Assembly: GCA_022426155.1 (NCBI GenBank)
Contig: JAKMEE010000032.1
Span: 9,800-73,799, forward strand
DNA from: Poseidonia sp.
GTDB lineage: Archaea > Thermoplasmatota > Poseidoniia > Poseidoniales > Poseidoniaceae
Reading direction: 5' to 3'
Length of the DNA: 64,000 bases
Below the pieces are notes generated by a model that had not been told where the DNA came from, did not search any database, and saw only the letters and a program-made list of their open reading frames with translations. Position 1 is the first letter of the stretch, and every line of letters begins with the position of its first letter. Position numbers and translations under genes: made by a program. Positions 18,844 through 28,860 of the stretch are shown piece after piece.

Positions 18844-20009
18844 ACATCGGTCAAGACTGGCCGGGATGTCTTTCCAGAACCGCGATGACCAATCAGTCGT
18901 GGTGTTGACCACGGAGGTGATGCTGCATGATGTTCCTGAAGGATTGCATCGATTTCACCTTGCCAATTCCACTGTGACTTCCATTGTTTGACAAGGATTT
19001 GGCGTCGATGTGCATCACACTCTTCCCATGTGGGGGTGTTGTCCATGAGTTCGGTCAGAATGGATTGGTGGTTTTCTTGTGTTGCCTGCTTGAGTTGAAT
19101 CTTCTGCGATTCATCTAGGGGCCTTGTTGCGGGATGGCGCCATCTTGCATGGCCCGATGGGAGCCATGACAGCGCTGGGTCGGCCGAATCTGTAAGCGCA
19201 GTCATGCCAGCCTCCAACACTGCATGTTCGTTACGAGCTTTTGTTGGCCACACATAGGTTGGCATACCTTCTCGTTTTGCTGTTAAGCGTTTGAGACCGT
19301 TGCCACTCAGGCCAACATGGCGGCCGAGGGGCAAGTATTTCGTCGGCGTCTCAAAGTATTCCATGGCACAGGGCAACATAGAACTCCCTTGTTGTCGATG
19401 ATGTCGGATCAACCGTCCAAAGGGTGTGGTCAAATATTGTCGAAAAGCTTTGATTCGTTGGAAATTTCTTGAACCATACGGGGCGATGTATGGAATCAAG
19501 GCGGCCCAAGGGCGATTGGTTTGCGCCATTTTAGCAGATTGAGGCATGTGTTTGTGAAACGCATAAAACACGGTGTTTTCCCTAGGGATTTCGTAGGCAT
19601 CAAGATGTGCTTCTGCCAACTTCATGGTTTCACTTACCTGGCGAATGTGATGTTGTTTTCCGAGAAATCCACCACCACTCGCTGCTTTTGGATGAGGTCG
19701 TTTAATCTCGACACACCCCATTTTCCCTTTTGAAGTCCAATGTTCTCGAACTGTTGAATCTTTCAAGAGGTCCTCAAAACTCAGGAATCCAACTTCCTCT
19801 AATTCATCCAGAGTCCATTCTTCTGTCCAAGGTGAACGGCCTTGGAGAGCAGATTTTGGTATTGAGACGGTTCGGTCATGATGAATGACGAGTTCTTGAT
19901 CAGACGTGATACGGATATCAAATTCAATTCCATCAAACATGGTGATGCCATGTCGCAGACTTGGTAGGGTGTTTTCTGGAGCAGCAGACCAACCCACTTC
20001 ATCTCCCAT
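18831..20009 (-). CDS. Glycerophosphodiester phosphodiesterase family protein, apparently circularly permuted
   Basis: APENTL, GIEFDIRITSD...VIHHD, CVEIK near N-terminus; PRLIGHRGSG at C-terminus. Confidence 0.8.
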   Translation of the reverse strand: MGDEVGWSAAPENTLPSLRHGITMFDGIEFDIRITSDQELVIHHDRTVSIPKSALQGRSPWTEEWTLDELEEVGFLSFEDLLKDSTVREHWTSKGKMGCVEIKRPHPKAASGGGFLGKQHHIRQVSETMKLAEAHLDAYEIPRENTVFYAFHKHMPQSAKMAQTNRPWAALIPYIAPYGSRNFQRIKAFRQYLTTPFGRLIRHHRQQGSSMLPCAMEYFETPTKYLPLGRHVGLSGNGLKRLTAKREGMPTYVWPTKARNEHAVLEAGMTALTDSADPALSWLPSGHARWRHPATRPLDESQKIQLKQATQENHQSILTELMDNTPTWEECDAHRRQILVKQWKSQWNWQGEIDAILQEHHAASPPWSTPRLIGHRGSGKTSRPVLTDVHSM

Positions 20010-20118
20010 GTGCATCCCAATGAGAGCCAAGCCTCAATCTTTGCCATTATGCCGTAAAGCCATCGCTTGACGTGCACAGCATAAGCCAACTCTAAAACGA
20101 ATACGGATTGGGAGAGGT

Positions 20119-21573
20119 ATGGACCTTTACATAATCATGGGGGGGATGATTTTAGTTTTGACTCCAGTCATTTGTTGGCTATTCACTCGCCAACAATCGG
20201 AACATCGTGTTCCATTCAAATCATGGTTCAGTGAATTTAAGCAAAAGAGGTATTATCTCCACGCCCTTGGTTATGTGGTAATCATTGGTTGGAAGGCCAT
20301 GACGGACAAATTGAATGAACCCATGAAACACCGCACTGGGCATTGGACCGAATGGGTTTATGGGCTTGAAGGCGAATTGACAAAATGGATTCAAGATGCA
20401 TTTCGCAACGATTGGTTGACCGATTTTTTGAATTTCCATTACCTGTTCATTTACCTCTTCTTGATTTATGTAACTACTGTCTATTATGCCTTTTCTGGTG
20501 ACCGAGATATGACTGACAAAGTGACGATGAACTATCTTTTGATCTATGCGATCGCCATCCCCTATTACCTCTTCTTCAACGTTGAAGTGACATCTTCGTG
20601 GATTCCTGGGATGGAGGCATTGCTCTATCACGATGGTTCCTACACTGGGTTTTATGCTTCTCACGACCCCCTTGATAACGCAGTCCCGAGTCTCCATATT
20701 GCAATTCCATTTGGAATTCTTATGCTGAATTATCTTCATGTGAAGGAACAGGGAGGGACACTTCGAGAGTGGCGTCATTGGCGATATCATGTCTTTGTTC
20801 TGGTGAATACTGTACTGTTCATGTTCTCCGTCCTCTATCTGGGCATTCACTGGTTCATTGACATTCCACTGGGACTGATTGTAGGTGCTATTGGTGCCTT
20901 GTTCATACATTACCTCCAGCCACGAATCCGGAACGACTACGGCCCTATGTTCAAAGGTGTCTCCCAAGAAAAAGTCCGACGACATTTCTTGGTCGAGGGT
21001 GTCGTAGTTCTTCTTCTTCTCACCTCGGTCTTGATGGCTGTGAATTATCAAGAAGAACACGCCGACGAGCGAATCTCATTTCAATTGGGACAAGGAGATA
21101 CAACCCTCGAAATATTACAGCCCATCGATGCTGGTTCCCATGTGACGAGCAACATCACAAACCTCAACGAAATTGGTACGATGGGCGTCGTTGTCATCGT
21201 GGTTGAAGCGAGTGTACCTGCAATGGATCTCGGGTTCATTGATTGGGAGCATTTGGTTGAGTTGGGTGAGCATCATACGGTCGCACCCCAAACAACCTTG
21301 AGTTTGAACATCACAACTCCAAATGTGTATCATTACATCGCCATGAATTATGATTTGAACGAATCCTACGAGTCAGAATTACATGTTCGAGTCTTGAGTG
21401 ATTATGGCGACGATAAGATGCTGCAGGCCGTTGCGTTGAGTCTGCCATCGATGTGGATCACAGGCTTTGTCCTCTTCCGGTTATATCGATTGAAGAAAGA
21501 AGGTCGGAGTTGGATTGATTCAACGCCTTCTTATGTGTGGGCGGAGTCTTCAGGCTTAGACGAAGAGGCATGA
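20119..21573 (+). CDS. PAP2 / inositol-phosphorylceramide-synthase-like (PAP2_3) membrane protein with C-terminal extension
   Basis: NAVPSLHIA and YLGIHWFIDIPLG motifs; multiple TM helices. Confidence 0.8.
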   Translation: MDLYIIMGGMILVLTPVICWLFTRQQSEHRVPFKSWFSEFKQKRYYLHALGYVVIIGWKAMTDKLNEPMKHRTGHWTEWVYGLEGELTKWIQDAFRNDWLTDFLNFHYLFIYLFLIYVTTVYYAFSGDRDMTDKVTMNYLLIYAIAIPYYLFFNVEVTSSWIPGMEALLYHDGSYTGFYASHDPLDNAVPSLHIAIPFGILMLNYLHVKEQGGTLREWRHWRYHVFVLVNTVLFMFSVLYLGIHWFIDIPLGLIVGAIGALFIHYLQPRIRNDYGPMFKGVSQEKVRRHFLVEGVVVLLLLTSVLMAVNYQEEHADERISFQLGQGDTTLEILQPIDAGSHVTSNITNLNEIGTMGVVVIVVEASVPAMDLGFIDWEHLVELGEHHTVAPQTTLSLNITTPNVYHYIAMNYDLNESYESELHVRVLSDYGDDKMLQAVALSLPSMWITGFVLFRLYRLKKEGRSWIDSTPSYVWAESSGLDEEA

Positions 21574-22367
21574 GTGGCATGACGGATGATTCCATTTCAG
21601 CAAGCGTTGAACGCCTGATGCAATCTCCAGGCGGTCAAATCATCGAAGACTTGCGTGAATACATTCAACGCACTTTCAAAGGCTATCTCATTCTTTTTCT
21701 CCTTGCTTTTTCTCTCAGTTTCCCTTTCACTCGTTCGTTGGTTGCATGGCTGATTGAACCTGGGCGTTTACCCGAAGATGTCTCGATTATCGTCGTCACT
21801 CCTGTTGAATTTCTGTTGCTCCAATTGCGTATTGCAGGAGGTGTTGGATTATGTCTTGTCGTCTTAGTGGCCCTTTGCCATGGTGCTTGGAAGGGGAGCA
21901 AGCATCAGGCCGTCAAGGAGCGGTTGGCGGAGATTGAATTTCAAATCCCAAAACCAGCTCCTGCCCTTTTGTGGACTCTTTTGAGTTCGACCCTCCTCTT
22001 TGGGTTAGGTCTGTATTACGCTTGGGAATGGCTCATCCCACTTCTCTTGGAATACCTAACCACCGATGCCCAACAAGTGGGCCTCTCCACCGAATGGCGG
22101 CTTGCGGGCTATGTTGGCTTCATCATTAATCTCGCTCTCGCTTCAGCCATTGGATTCCAATCTCCTGTTCTAACCACATTGGCACTACGTACAGGATTGG
22201 CTGAACGACAAACCCTCACCACATACCGCAGACATATTTGGTTCAGTGCCTTTGTGATGGGGGCAATGCTTTCCCCTCCAGATCCTCTCTCCCTCTTCCT
22301 TGTGGCGATGCCAGTGATCGTTCTGTTTGAACTAGCGGTTGGCGTGGACCGTATCATTCGTTCATGA
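21570..22367 (+). CDS. tatC: Twin-arginine translocase subunit TatC
   Basis: TPVEFLLLQLR, IGFQSPV, YRRH, LSPPDPLSLFLVAMPVIVLFE; ATGA overlap. Confidence 0.88.
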   Translation: MSGMTDDSISASVERLMQSPGGQIIEDLREYIQRTFKGYLILFLLAFSLSFPFTRSLVAWLIEPGRLPEDVSIIVVTPVEFLLLQLRIAGGVGLCLVVLVALCHGAWKGSKHQAVKERLAEIEFQIPKPAPALLWTLLSSTLLFGLGLYYAWEWLIPLLLEYLTTDAQQVGLSTEWRLAGYVGFIINLALASAIGFQSPVLTTLALRTGLAERQTLTTYRRHIWFSAFVMGAMLSPPDPLSLFLVAMPVIVLFELAVGVDRIIRS

Positions 22368-23244
22368 TGGATTCATGAAGGGCCAGTTTCATCACTGGCA
22401 TGTGTCCTGGACGCTGAGAGGATGACAATCCATGAAAATCTGAGCCAACGGTGACCTTGAGACCATGTTCTTCTGCTGCGATTTGTAAAGCATGTCTGTA
22501 TTGATCTGGATGACTTCGATGAACGGCTTCCACAGCATCGACTCCATGTTCCGCTAAACAGTTCAGTAGAGTATCTGGCGAGATGCCATAATACAAGGGG
22601 TGGGCAAGAGATGTGAACCCTCCAGCCGCTTTCACGGCAGAAATTGCTTCGTTGAGAGTTGGTTTTGAATGAGGGATGAAGGCAGGTTTTCCGTCCCCAA
22701 TCCATTCCTCAAAAGCCTCGTTCTTGTTTTGAACATAACCGGCTTCAATCATGGCTTGTGCTAGATGAGGTCGTCCAACAGAACCTTCTGCTTTGGCAAG
22801 AACAGAGTCGACGTCAACAGGCATACCCAATTGTTCCAAGGCTTTGCACATTTGACGCATTCGCGGTTCACGACCTCCTTGAAGTGGTTCCAACCATGTT
22901 CTGAGTGCAGCGACATCGTCTTTGGAATCCAACGGATCGTGAGACGGGAAGTAGGCGAGGAGGTGCCAAGATGCAGAGGCTCGGTCTCTGCCCTGTCGTT
23001 CTAATTCAAGTGCATCACCCGGCAATGCTGGTTGACAGGTGATTTCAATTCCTGGAATGAAGCGAATGCTCTGCAGTCGTGCAGCCTCTGCTCCTTCTCG
23101 CCAACCAGACATTGTGTCGTGATCGGTTAATGACCAAACTTTGACACCGTTGTCGCCCATCAATTGGGCCACAAGTTCAACAGCGTGCTCACCGTCACTG
23201 TGCGTGGAGTGCGAGTGGAGGTCAACTTGCTCAGTCCACATCAA
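22354..23244 (-). CDS. PHP-domain phosphoesterase (TrpH/YciV-like)
   Basis: DLHSHSTHSDG, TDHDT, GIEIT, GRPHLA, LAHP, GSDFHG. Confidence 0.9.
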   Translation of the reverse strand: MMWTEQVDLHSHSTHSDGEHAVELVAQLMGDNGVKVWSLTDHDTMSGWREGAEAARLQSIRFIPGIEITCQPALPGDALELERQGRDRASASWHLLAYFPSHDPLDSKDDVAALRTWLEPLQGGREPRMRQMCKALEQLGMPVDVDSVLAKAEGSVGRPHLAQAMIEAGYVQNKNEAFEEWIGDGKPAFIPHSKPTLNEAISAVKAAGGFTSLAHPLYYGISPDTLLNCLAEHGVDAVEAVHRSHPDQYRHALQIAAEEHGLKVTVGSDFHGLSSSQRPGHMPVMKLALHESIMNE

Positions 23245-23280
23245 GCAGGAGGTCGCGGGGAACCTCTTTGAATGATTCGT

Positions 23281-24123
23281 TCAGAATAAATCATCCAAAT
23301 CTGGTAAATCAGGAAGGTCAACCGGAGCGCTAACTATTGGGGGTGCCTCATCCATAAACAAGTCACCAAGGTCAGGTAAATCAAGCGAAGGGAGGATGTC
23401 TGTTATCTCTTCACTCGTGGATTGAATGGCGGAGGTTTCCACAGTTTCATCAAGGATTGGTAGGCCTGGTAAAGGTATGTGCTCGAGGCCATCTGAGACG
23501 AACTCTCGGTCGGCTTGGAGGCCAGGGATGGTACGTGGATCAACTGTTGGTTCCTCTTCCTTACCTGGTAATGGGACTGGTTCGATATAATTACGGGACA
23601 ATGTGGTCCCTGTATCACTGTCAACTGGGAGTGCCTCTCGCTGAGAATTTGCTCGGATGTCCATTGGCTCCCTCCCGACCATTTCTTCAGCCGCCATGGC
23701 TCCATACTGACCGGTTGATAGTGTGTGGATGGCTGAAGATACCTCGGCAGCGTTGGCTTGTGTATTGGTGCCCAATATCGAGTGGAGAATGGACTTCGTT
23801 GCTTCACTTGGAGTGTTGGTGCTTTCGTAGCCCTGTTGTTCTGTAGGTACATGGTTGGAAAATGCTGTTCGTTCAATGTCAAACCCTTCAATATTCGAAC
23901 GCGCAGGTGTTGCCATGAGGTCTGGAATTTCATGTTCCTGATTGGCCCAGCGCCCCACTCCCATCAATCCGAAAGCGGCCAAAACCATGGCAACTTCTTC
24001 AAGAGAAAGGCCAGGGGTGCCCACCATGTTAAGATTCCAATTCAAAGATGCAAGAAGAAGGGATGCACCTGCAAGGAGCATTGACGCTGCGGAAAGCCGC
24101 GGTGCTCGTGGATCATGGGACAC
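23281..24123 (-). CDS. Hypothetical membrane-anchored protein with acidic Pro-rich tail
   Basis: Two N-terminal hydrophobic helices; LPDL repeats at C-terminus. Confidence 0.7.
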   Translation of the reverse strand: MSHDPRAPRLSAASMLLAGASLLLASLNWNLNMVGTPGLSLEEVAMVLAAFGLMGVGRWANQEHEIPDLMATPARSNIEGFDIERTAFSNHVPTEQQGYESTNTPSEATKSILHSILGTNTQANAAEVSSAIHTLSTGQYGAMAAEEMVGREPMDIRANSQREALPVDSDTGTTLSRNYIEPVPLPGKEEEPTVDPRTIPGLQADREFVSDGLEHIPLPGLPILDETVETSAIQSTSEEITDILPSLDLPDLGDLFMDEAPPIVSAPVDLPDLPDLDDLF

Positions 24124-24162
24124 AATTCAAGGGAATGAGGCCATTCTATTTGGCTTCTCACA

Positions 24163-25038
24163 TCACTCAGAAAGCATTTCTGCCGCTCGAACGGTGTTTT
24201 CCATAAGCATGGCAATGGTCATTGGCCCCACTCCACCGGGCACGGGGGAGAGCCATGAAGCGACGTTTTCAACTTCAGGGGAAACATCTCCAGCAAGCCT
24301 CCATCCTCGCTCACGAGACGAATCCTCAACTCGATTAATCCCGACATCAACCACGACTGCTCCCGGTTTCACCCATTCAGGTTGAACCATCTCCGGGCGG
24401 CCAACAGCTGCAACGAGAATATCCGCCTCTTGGCAATGTTTTGCAATATCTTCTGTGCGTGAATGAACTACTGTGACGGTCGCGTCAGCACCTTTGGCAC
24501 CGAGCAATAATGCCGCGGGCATTCCTACGATTCTTGAACGGCCTAAGACGACAGCCCGTTTCCCTTCAAGTTCAATTCCAGCCCATCGTAGCATGCGCAT
24601 AACACCACTTGGTGTACAAGGTAGCATTCCGTCCAATCGGCCCTGGACGAGGCGACCTAGGTTTTGCGGATGGAAGCCGTCAACATCCTTACGGGGGTTG
24701 ATCAAGTCCGTCAGTTCTTCTTCATTCATGTGGCTAGGTAGTGGAGACTGAACTAAGATGCCATGCAAATCTTCTTGCTCGTTCATGGTAAGGATGTGGT
24801 CTCGAAGCACTGCCTCGGCAGTATCTGATGGGAGTTCAAGATGTGTTGAACGGATTCCCAATCTCTCGCAGGTACGCACCTTGGATTTGACATAGACATG
24901 TGAGGCAGGGTCGTCACCCACGATAATAACTGCCAAATGGGGTTGGATGCCTTTGGCCTTGAGCGTCTCAACACGTCCTATCAATTCGGCTTCAACATCT
25001 GCAGCACAAGCTTTTCCGTCCAATCGTTGCGCTGCCAT
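24163..25038 (-). CDS. folD: Methylenetetrahydrofolate dehydrogenase/cyclohydrolase
   Basis: YVKSK, GILVQSPLP, KDVDGFHP, PCTP, GRSRIVG, PVPGGVGPMTIAML. Confidence 0.97.
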   Translation of the reverse strand: MAAQRLDGKACAADVEAELIGRVETLKAKGIQPHLAVIIVGDDPASHVYVKSKVRTCERLGIRSTHLELPSDTAEAVLRDHILTMNEQEDLHGILVQSPLPSHMNEEELTDLINPRKDVDGFHPQNLGRLVQGRLDGMLPCTPSGVMRMLRWAGIELEGKRAVVLGRSRIVGMPAALLLGAKGADATVTVVHSRTEDIAKHCQEADILVAAVGRPEMVQPEWVKPGAVVVDVGINRVEDSSRERGWRLAGDVSPEVENVASWLSPVPGGVGPMTIAMLMENTVRAAEMLSE

Positions 25039-25131
25039 GTTAGGTGCACGCGCACAGTCGTTTTGAGACTTACTTATCGCTCAAGGAGAGTCTTTGACCG
25101 GTGATGAAGACCATGCAGGGTTGTTGGAGAA

Positions 25132-25365
25132 TTACAAGGGGGTCCTGATTCCCATGGCGCGAACAATGCACCAGCCTGCTCGGGCTTCGTAAATTGCGAA
25201 TGCTCCACCTGCATACATTCCCGCGATGGCAAACCACGTCACAGGTTCCTGAATCATGCCAAATAGCATGCCCGCTGCCAAGATACTTCCAGCGAGAACG
25301 GAAATCATACCTGCGGTGAATCGTGCTACTTTCCCTCTTGCGTCAATGTTGCATTGTCGTGCCAT
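25132..25365 (-). CDS. Small two-TM membrane protein, DUF2892/YgaP-like
   Basis: CNIDARGKVARF...TM...TM...AGWCIVRAMGIRTPL. Confidence 0.65.
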   Translation of the reverse strand: MARQCNIDARGKVARFTAGMISVLAGSILAAGMLFGMIQEPVTWFAIAGMYAGGAFAIYEARAGWCIVRAMGIRTPL

Positions 25366-25420
25366 ATCATACGAACCACCCTTTGAGTATTTGAATGACT
25401 GTTTCAAACAGTGGAAAAAG

Positions 25421-25494
25421 AGCCAACGGAGGGACTCGAACCCCCGACCGTCTGATTACAAATCAGACGCACTACCAGACTGTGCTACGTTGGC
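25421..25494 (-). tRNA. tRNA-Thr(TGT), no intron, CCA not encoded
   Basis: Reverse complement GCCAACG...CGTTGGC acceptor stem, TCTGA-TT-TGT-AA-TCAGA anticodon arm, GGTTCGAGTCC T-arm. Confidence 0.97.
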
Positions 25495-25594
25495 TTCGTC
25501 CTGTGCGTGGACCCTCCCCTTGATGAATGAAGCGGCTTCAAATCCAAGGAAAGGCCATAGTCAAGTCAAAGAATGAGGGTCCGTTGCATTGTCC

Positions 25595-26884
25595 ATGGAC
25601 GTTGAGAACGGAATGCAATTTCTTTCTCATGACGCTATGGGGAAAACTGGTAATGACGTCATTTTCAGTTGGTTTGCCCGATATCAGAATGCCGCGGCCG
25701 CCGGTGCTGATGCCGTGAATGGGACGGTCGGTGCCTTGTTGGAAGATGAGGGGACTCTCGCCATTAACACCGTGGTCGATGCGGCACTTCGGGAAGCACC
25801 ACCCGTCGAATTCGCCGCCTATGCTCCGTTACGAGGTCTCCCATCATTTCTCGATCTCGCTCAAACCCTCGCATTGGGTGAAACTCGCTCTCCCCTGCTT
25901 GAATTGGGTGTGTGTGCCACAGCCACGGCAACTCCAGGTGGTTCAGGTGCACTGTATTTGGCAGCGAAGAATTTTGTAAATGAAGGTGAGTCTGTCCTCC
26001 TGAGGGACCGACATTGGGGCCCTTACGCTGGTTTTCTTGCTGGTTGCGGCCTTGAAACATCGACCTACCCATTACTGCCGGAGACAGAAGACGAGGCTCA
26101 TCCGCATTTTGATGCGAAGGCGTTTAGTGTGGCTCTGGAAAAACTCGCAAGCCAGCAGAAGAACGTGATGACATGGCTCAACGATCCCGCTCACAACCCA
26201 ACGGGTCTTTCCCTTCCTGCCGAAAGTCGTTATGAACTTCTCAATTTGTTCATGGAAAGTGCTGCGAAAAACGAACATGTTGGTCACACCTTGTTGCTTG
26301 ATGCTGCCTACCACCTCTATGCCGATGAACCGCATGGGTGGGCAGAAACAATTCATGAGGCGCTTGAACGGGGACTCCCATGGCCAGAGAATTTGCTGAT
26401 CACCTTTGCAGTTTCATTATCTAAATCTCACACCATCTATGGATTGAGAACAGGAGCACTTGTGTCACTCCATCCTGATGAAGCTGTGCTTGAGCGATTG
26501 GATGATGTGATGGGAGTCACAGGGCGTCAAACATGGTCGGCAGCTCCTCGAATTGCCCAATTCGTACTCAGCGGCCTTCATTCAACGGCAGAGGGCGGCC
26601 AAGCATGGTCTCATGAATGTGAGCGCTTGACCCATTTGTTGACCGAACGCCGAGAGGCATTTATCTCAGCATGTCAACGACTGGATGTTCCGGTCAATCC
26701 GAGTCACGACGGATTCTTTGCTTGGTATGAATGCGACAATCCCACGGAAGTGGCGGAAGCCTGTGCAGACCAGCATGTCTACTTGGTGCCTCTCAAAGGA
26801 GGCATTCGTATCGGACTGTGCGCAATTCCTCTAGCCAAGATCGAACAAGTGGCTCAGGCTCTTTCAAGGGTCTCTCAGGAGTGA
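25595..26884 (+). CDS. Class I/II PLP aminotransferase (aspartate/aromatic type)
   Basis: NGTVG, TPGGSGAL, NDPAHNPTG, DAAY, SLSKSHTIYGLRTG, IRIGLC. Confidence 0.9.
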   Translation: MDVENGMQFLSHDAMGKTGNDVIFSWFARYQNAAAAGADAVNGTVGALLEDEGTLAINTVVDAALREAPPVEFAAYAPLRGLPSFLDLAQTLALGETRSPLLELGVCATATATPGGSGALYLAAKNFVNEGESVLLRDRHWGPYAGFLAGCGLETSTYPLLPETEDEAHPHFDAKAFSVALEKLASQQKNVMTWLNDPAHNPTGLSLPAESRYELLNLFMESAAKNEHVGHTLLLDAAYHLYADEPHGWAETIHEALERGLPWPENLLITFAVSLSKSHTIYGLRTGALVSLHPDEAVLERLDDVMGVTGRQTWSAAPRIAQFVLSGLHSTAEGGQAWSHECERLTHLLTERREAFISACQRLDVPVNPSHDGFFAWYECDNPTEVAEACADQHVYLVPLKGGIRIGLCAIPLAKIEQVAQALSRVSQE

Positions 26885-26888
26885 TTGA

Positions 26889-27266
26889 ATGTCACGTCTG
26901 TCCCGTGAAAATTTTGTCCTTTCAGGATTTATTTGTATTGTTGCAGGGGCATTCTTGTCGGTTGGCGGGTTAGGTGCGATGGCATTAACCATCGGTTTGT
27001 CAGGCGTTGTTTTGTATCTCATGGGGATGTTCATGAGCCGTCAAACAGGTTTGTCACCACAAGCAGTTGCTGAGTGGGCTCCTGAAGCGGAAGCCCTCCC
27101 TGATGCAGGACGATTTATGTTCCGGGTTGATGTTACACTCGATGAGCCAATTCGTACTTCAGTTCTGTGCGGGCCTTGCAGCCACGTTGAAGTTCGTGAT
27201 GGCCCCAAACCATCCGCCTTCACCTGCCCGAATTGTGAACGTCTGCTTTGGGACGAAGAGGAGTGA
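26889..27266 (+). CDS. Membrane protein with C-terminal zinc ribbon
   Basis: Two TM helices; CGPC...CPNC. Confidence 0.7.
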   Translation: MSRLSRENFVLSGFICIVAGAFLSVGGLGAMALTIGLSGVVLYLMGMFMSRQTGLSPQAVAEWAPEAEALPDAGRFMFRVDVTLDEPIRTSVLCGPCSHVEVRDGPKPSAFTCPNCERLLWDEEE

Positions 27267-27329
27267 GTTTACTCACTTTTGACTTGTTTCTAACGGTGAT
27301 TTCAAAGCAAGGCGACGGCTCGACGAATC

Positions 27330-28814
27330 ATGGAAGCACCAGACTTGCTCAACCCCGAGCGTAGAATGTTGCTTCAAATGCAAGGTGCTGAAGTTCGTTC
27401 CTGGTCGCTAGATGAGATCTTGAACTCATGCAATTGGTCCGACCAAGCGATCGCAGTTGGGGCAGGGCATGGTTTGGAAAATCATGGCTTTGTAAGTGTT
27501 GAAGAACATCTCAGCACGCTCGTTGATTTGGATGATGAAGGACAACGTGCACTCAATAATGGTTTGTTGGAACAGAGAATTTGGGATTGGGTCAAGGCCA
27601 GAGACCAAGCTACAATGAAAGACTTGCAAGGCGACTTTGAACGACATGAGGCGGGTCCTGGAATTGGATTACTCAAGCAACTTGGTGTCAACCTTGAGCA
27701 TGGTGTTTTGCAAGCAACCGATGTCGCCCATCTCGAAAAAGTGCTTAGCCAGCGTCGCTCATTCCTCGAACAATTACCAGCGCAACTCGAATCTCTCGAT
27801 GATGCTATGCTTGACCATTTCCGACAACGTCGAGGTCTCATTCACCAGGTGGACCGGACTCAACGAACTTGGACGATGACAGAGCAAGGTCAATCAGTCC
27901 CAAAAGAATCCCTTATTGAGCAACTCGTTGTCTCTGAAATTACACCTGAACTGCTTCAATCGGATGCTTGGAAAGAAGCTGTCTACAGGTCCTTTGACGT
28001 CACCTTGGAATCTGCCACTCCTCGCACGGGACGAAGCCACCCCATGCAATCTTTAATCGAACGAATCCGTTCGGTATTTCTTGAAATGGGATTCTCGGAA
28101 CTCGTGGATGATTACGTCCAGACTGCAGGTTGGAACATGGATGCCTTGTTCATTCCACAAGACCACCCTGCAAGAGAAATGCAGGACACCTTCTACCTCA
28201 CCCAACCTTCTCAGATCGAGTTGCCGACAGACTTGATGAACACCTGGAAATCAATTCATGAAACCGGAGGTGAAACTGGTTCAACTGGCTGGGGTGGTTC
28301 GTTTTCAAATGAAACTTCCCAGCGAGCCTTGCTTCGGACTCACACGACGGTCAATACAATTCAATATCTGGCAAAACATCCAACAGAGTCCTGTAGAGTC
28401 TTCTCCGTCGACCGCGTGTTCCGTAAAGAAGCCATAGACCGCACTCATCTCCCTGAATTTCATCAAATAGAAGGCATCATCATGGAAGAAGGTGCTAATT
28501 TGCAGATGCTGGTCGCCACGCTCAAAACCTTCTATGAGAAGATGGGCTATCCGGAGGTCCGAGTTCGTCCAGCATATTTCCCATACACAGAGCCAAGCCT
28601 TGAAATTGAAGTGAAATGGAGAGGAAAATGGTTGGAATTGGGTGGTGCTGGAATTTTCCGACCAGAGGTAACTGAACCCCTTGGCATCACGTCTCCTGTA
28701 TTGGCATGGGGCATGGGGTTGGAACGCTTGGCTATGCTCGTTCTTGGGTTGGATGATATCCGACAACTCTACATTTCCGATATCGAATGGCTTCGTCAAC
28801 AACCGATTCTCTGA
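27330..28814 (+). CDS. pheS: Phenylalanine-tRNA ligase alpha subunit (archaeal type)
   Basis: WNMDALFIPQDHPAREMQDTF, LLRTHTT, HLPEFHQIEG, YFPYTEPS, ELGGAGIFRPE, WGMGLER. Confidence 0.97.
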   Translation: MEAPDLLNPERRMLLQMQGAEVRSWSLDEILNSCNWSDQAIAVGAGHGLENHGFVSVEEHLSTLVDLDDEGQRALNNGLLEQRIWDWVKARDQATMKDLQGDFERHEAGPGIGLLKQLGVNLEHGVLQATDVAHLEKVLSQRRSFLEQLPAQLESLDDAMLDHFRQRRGLIHQVDRTQRTWTMTEQGQSVPKESLIEQLVVSEITPELLQSDAWKEAVYRSFDVTLESATPRTGRSHPMQSLIERIRSVFLEMGFSELVDDYVQTAGWNMDALFIPQDHPAREMQDTFYLTQPSQIELPTDLMNTWKSIHETGGETGSTGWGGSFSNETSQRALLRTHTTVNTIQYLAKHPTESCRVFSVDRVFRKEAIDRTHLPEFHQIEGIIMEEGANLQMLVATLKTFYEKMGYPEVRVRPAYFPYTEPSLEIEVKWRGKWLELGGAGIFRPEVTEPLGITSPVLAWGMGLERLAMLVLGLDDIRQLYISDIEWLRQQPIL

Positions 28815-28860
28815 AAGGCTAGGGGAACATTTGATAAGACGCCTCATCTGACAAACTACC

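Noticed and set aside
20221-21060. Long antisense ORFs (also 28305-29000, 8572-9102, 8162-8689)
   Set aside because: Shadows of well-supported genes on the opposite strand
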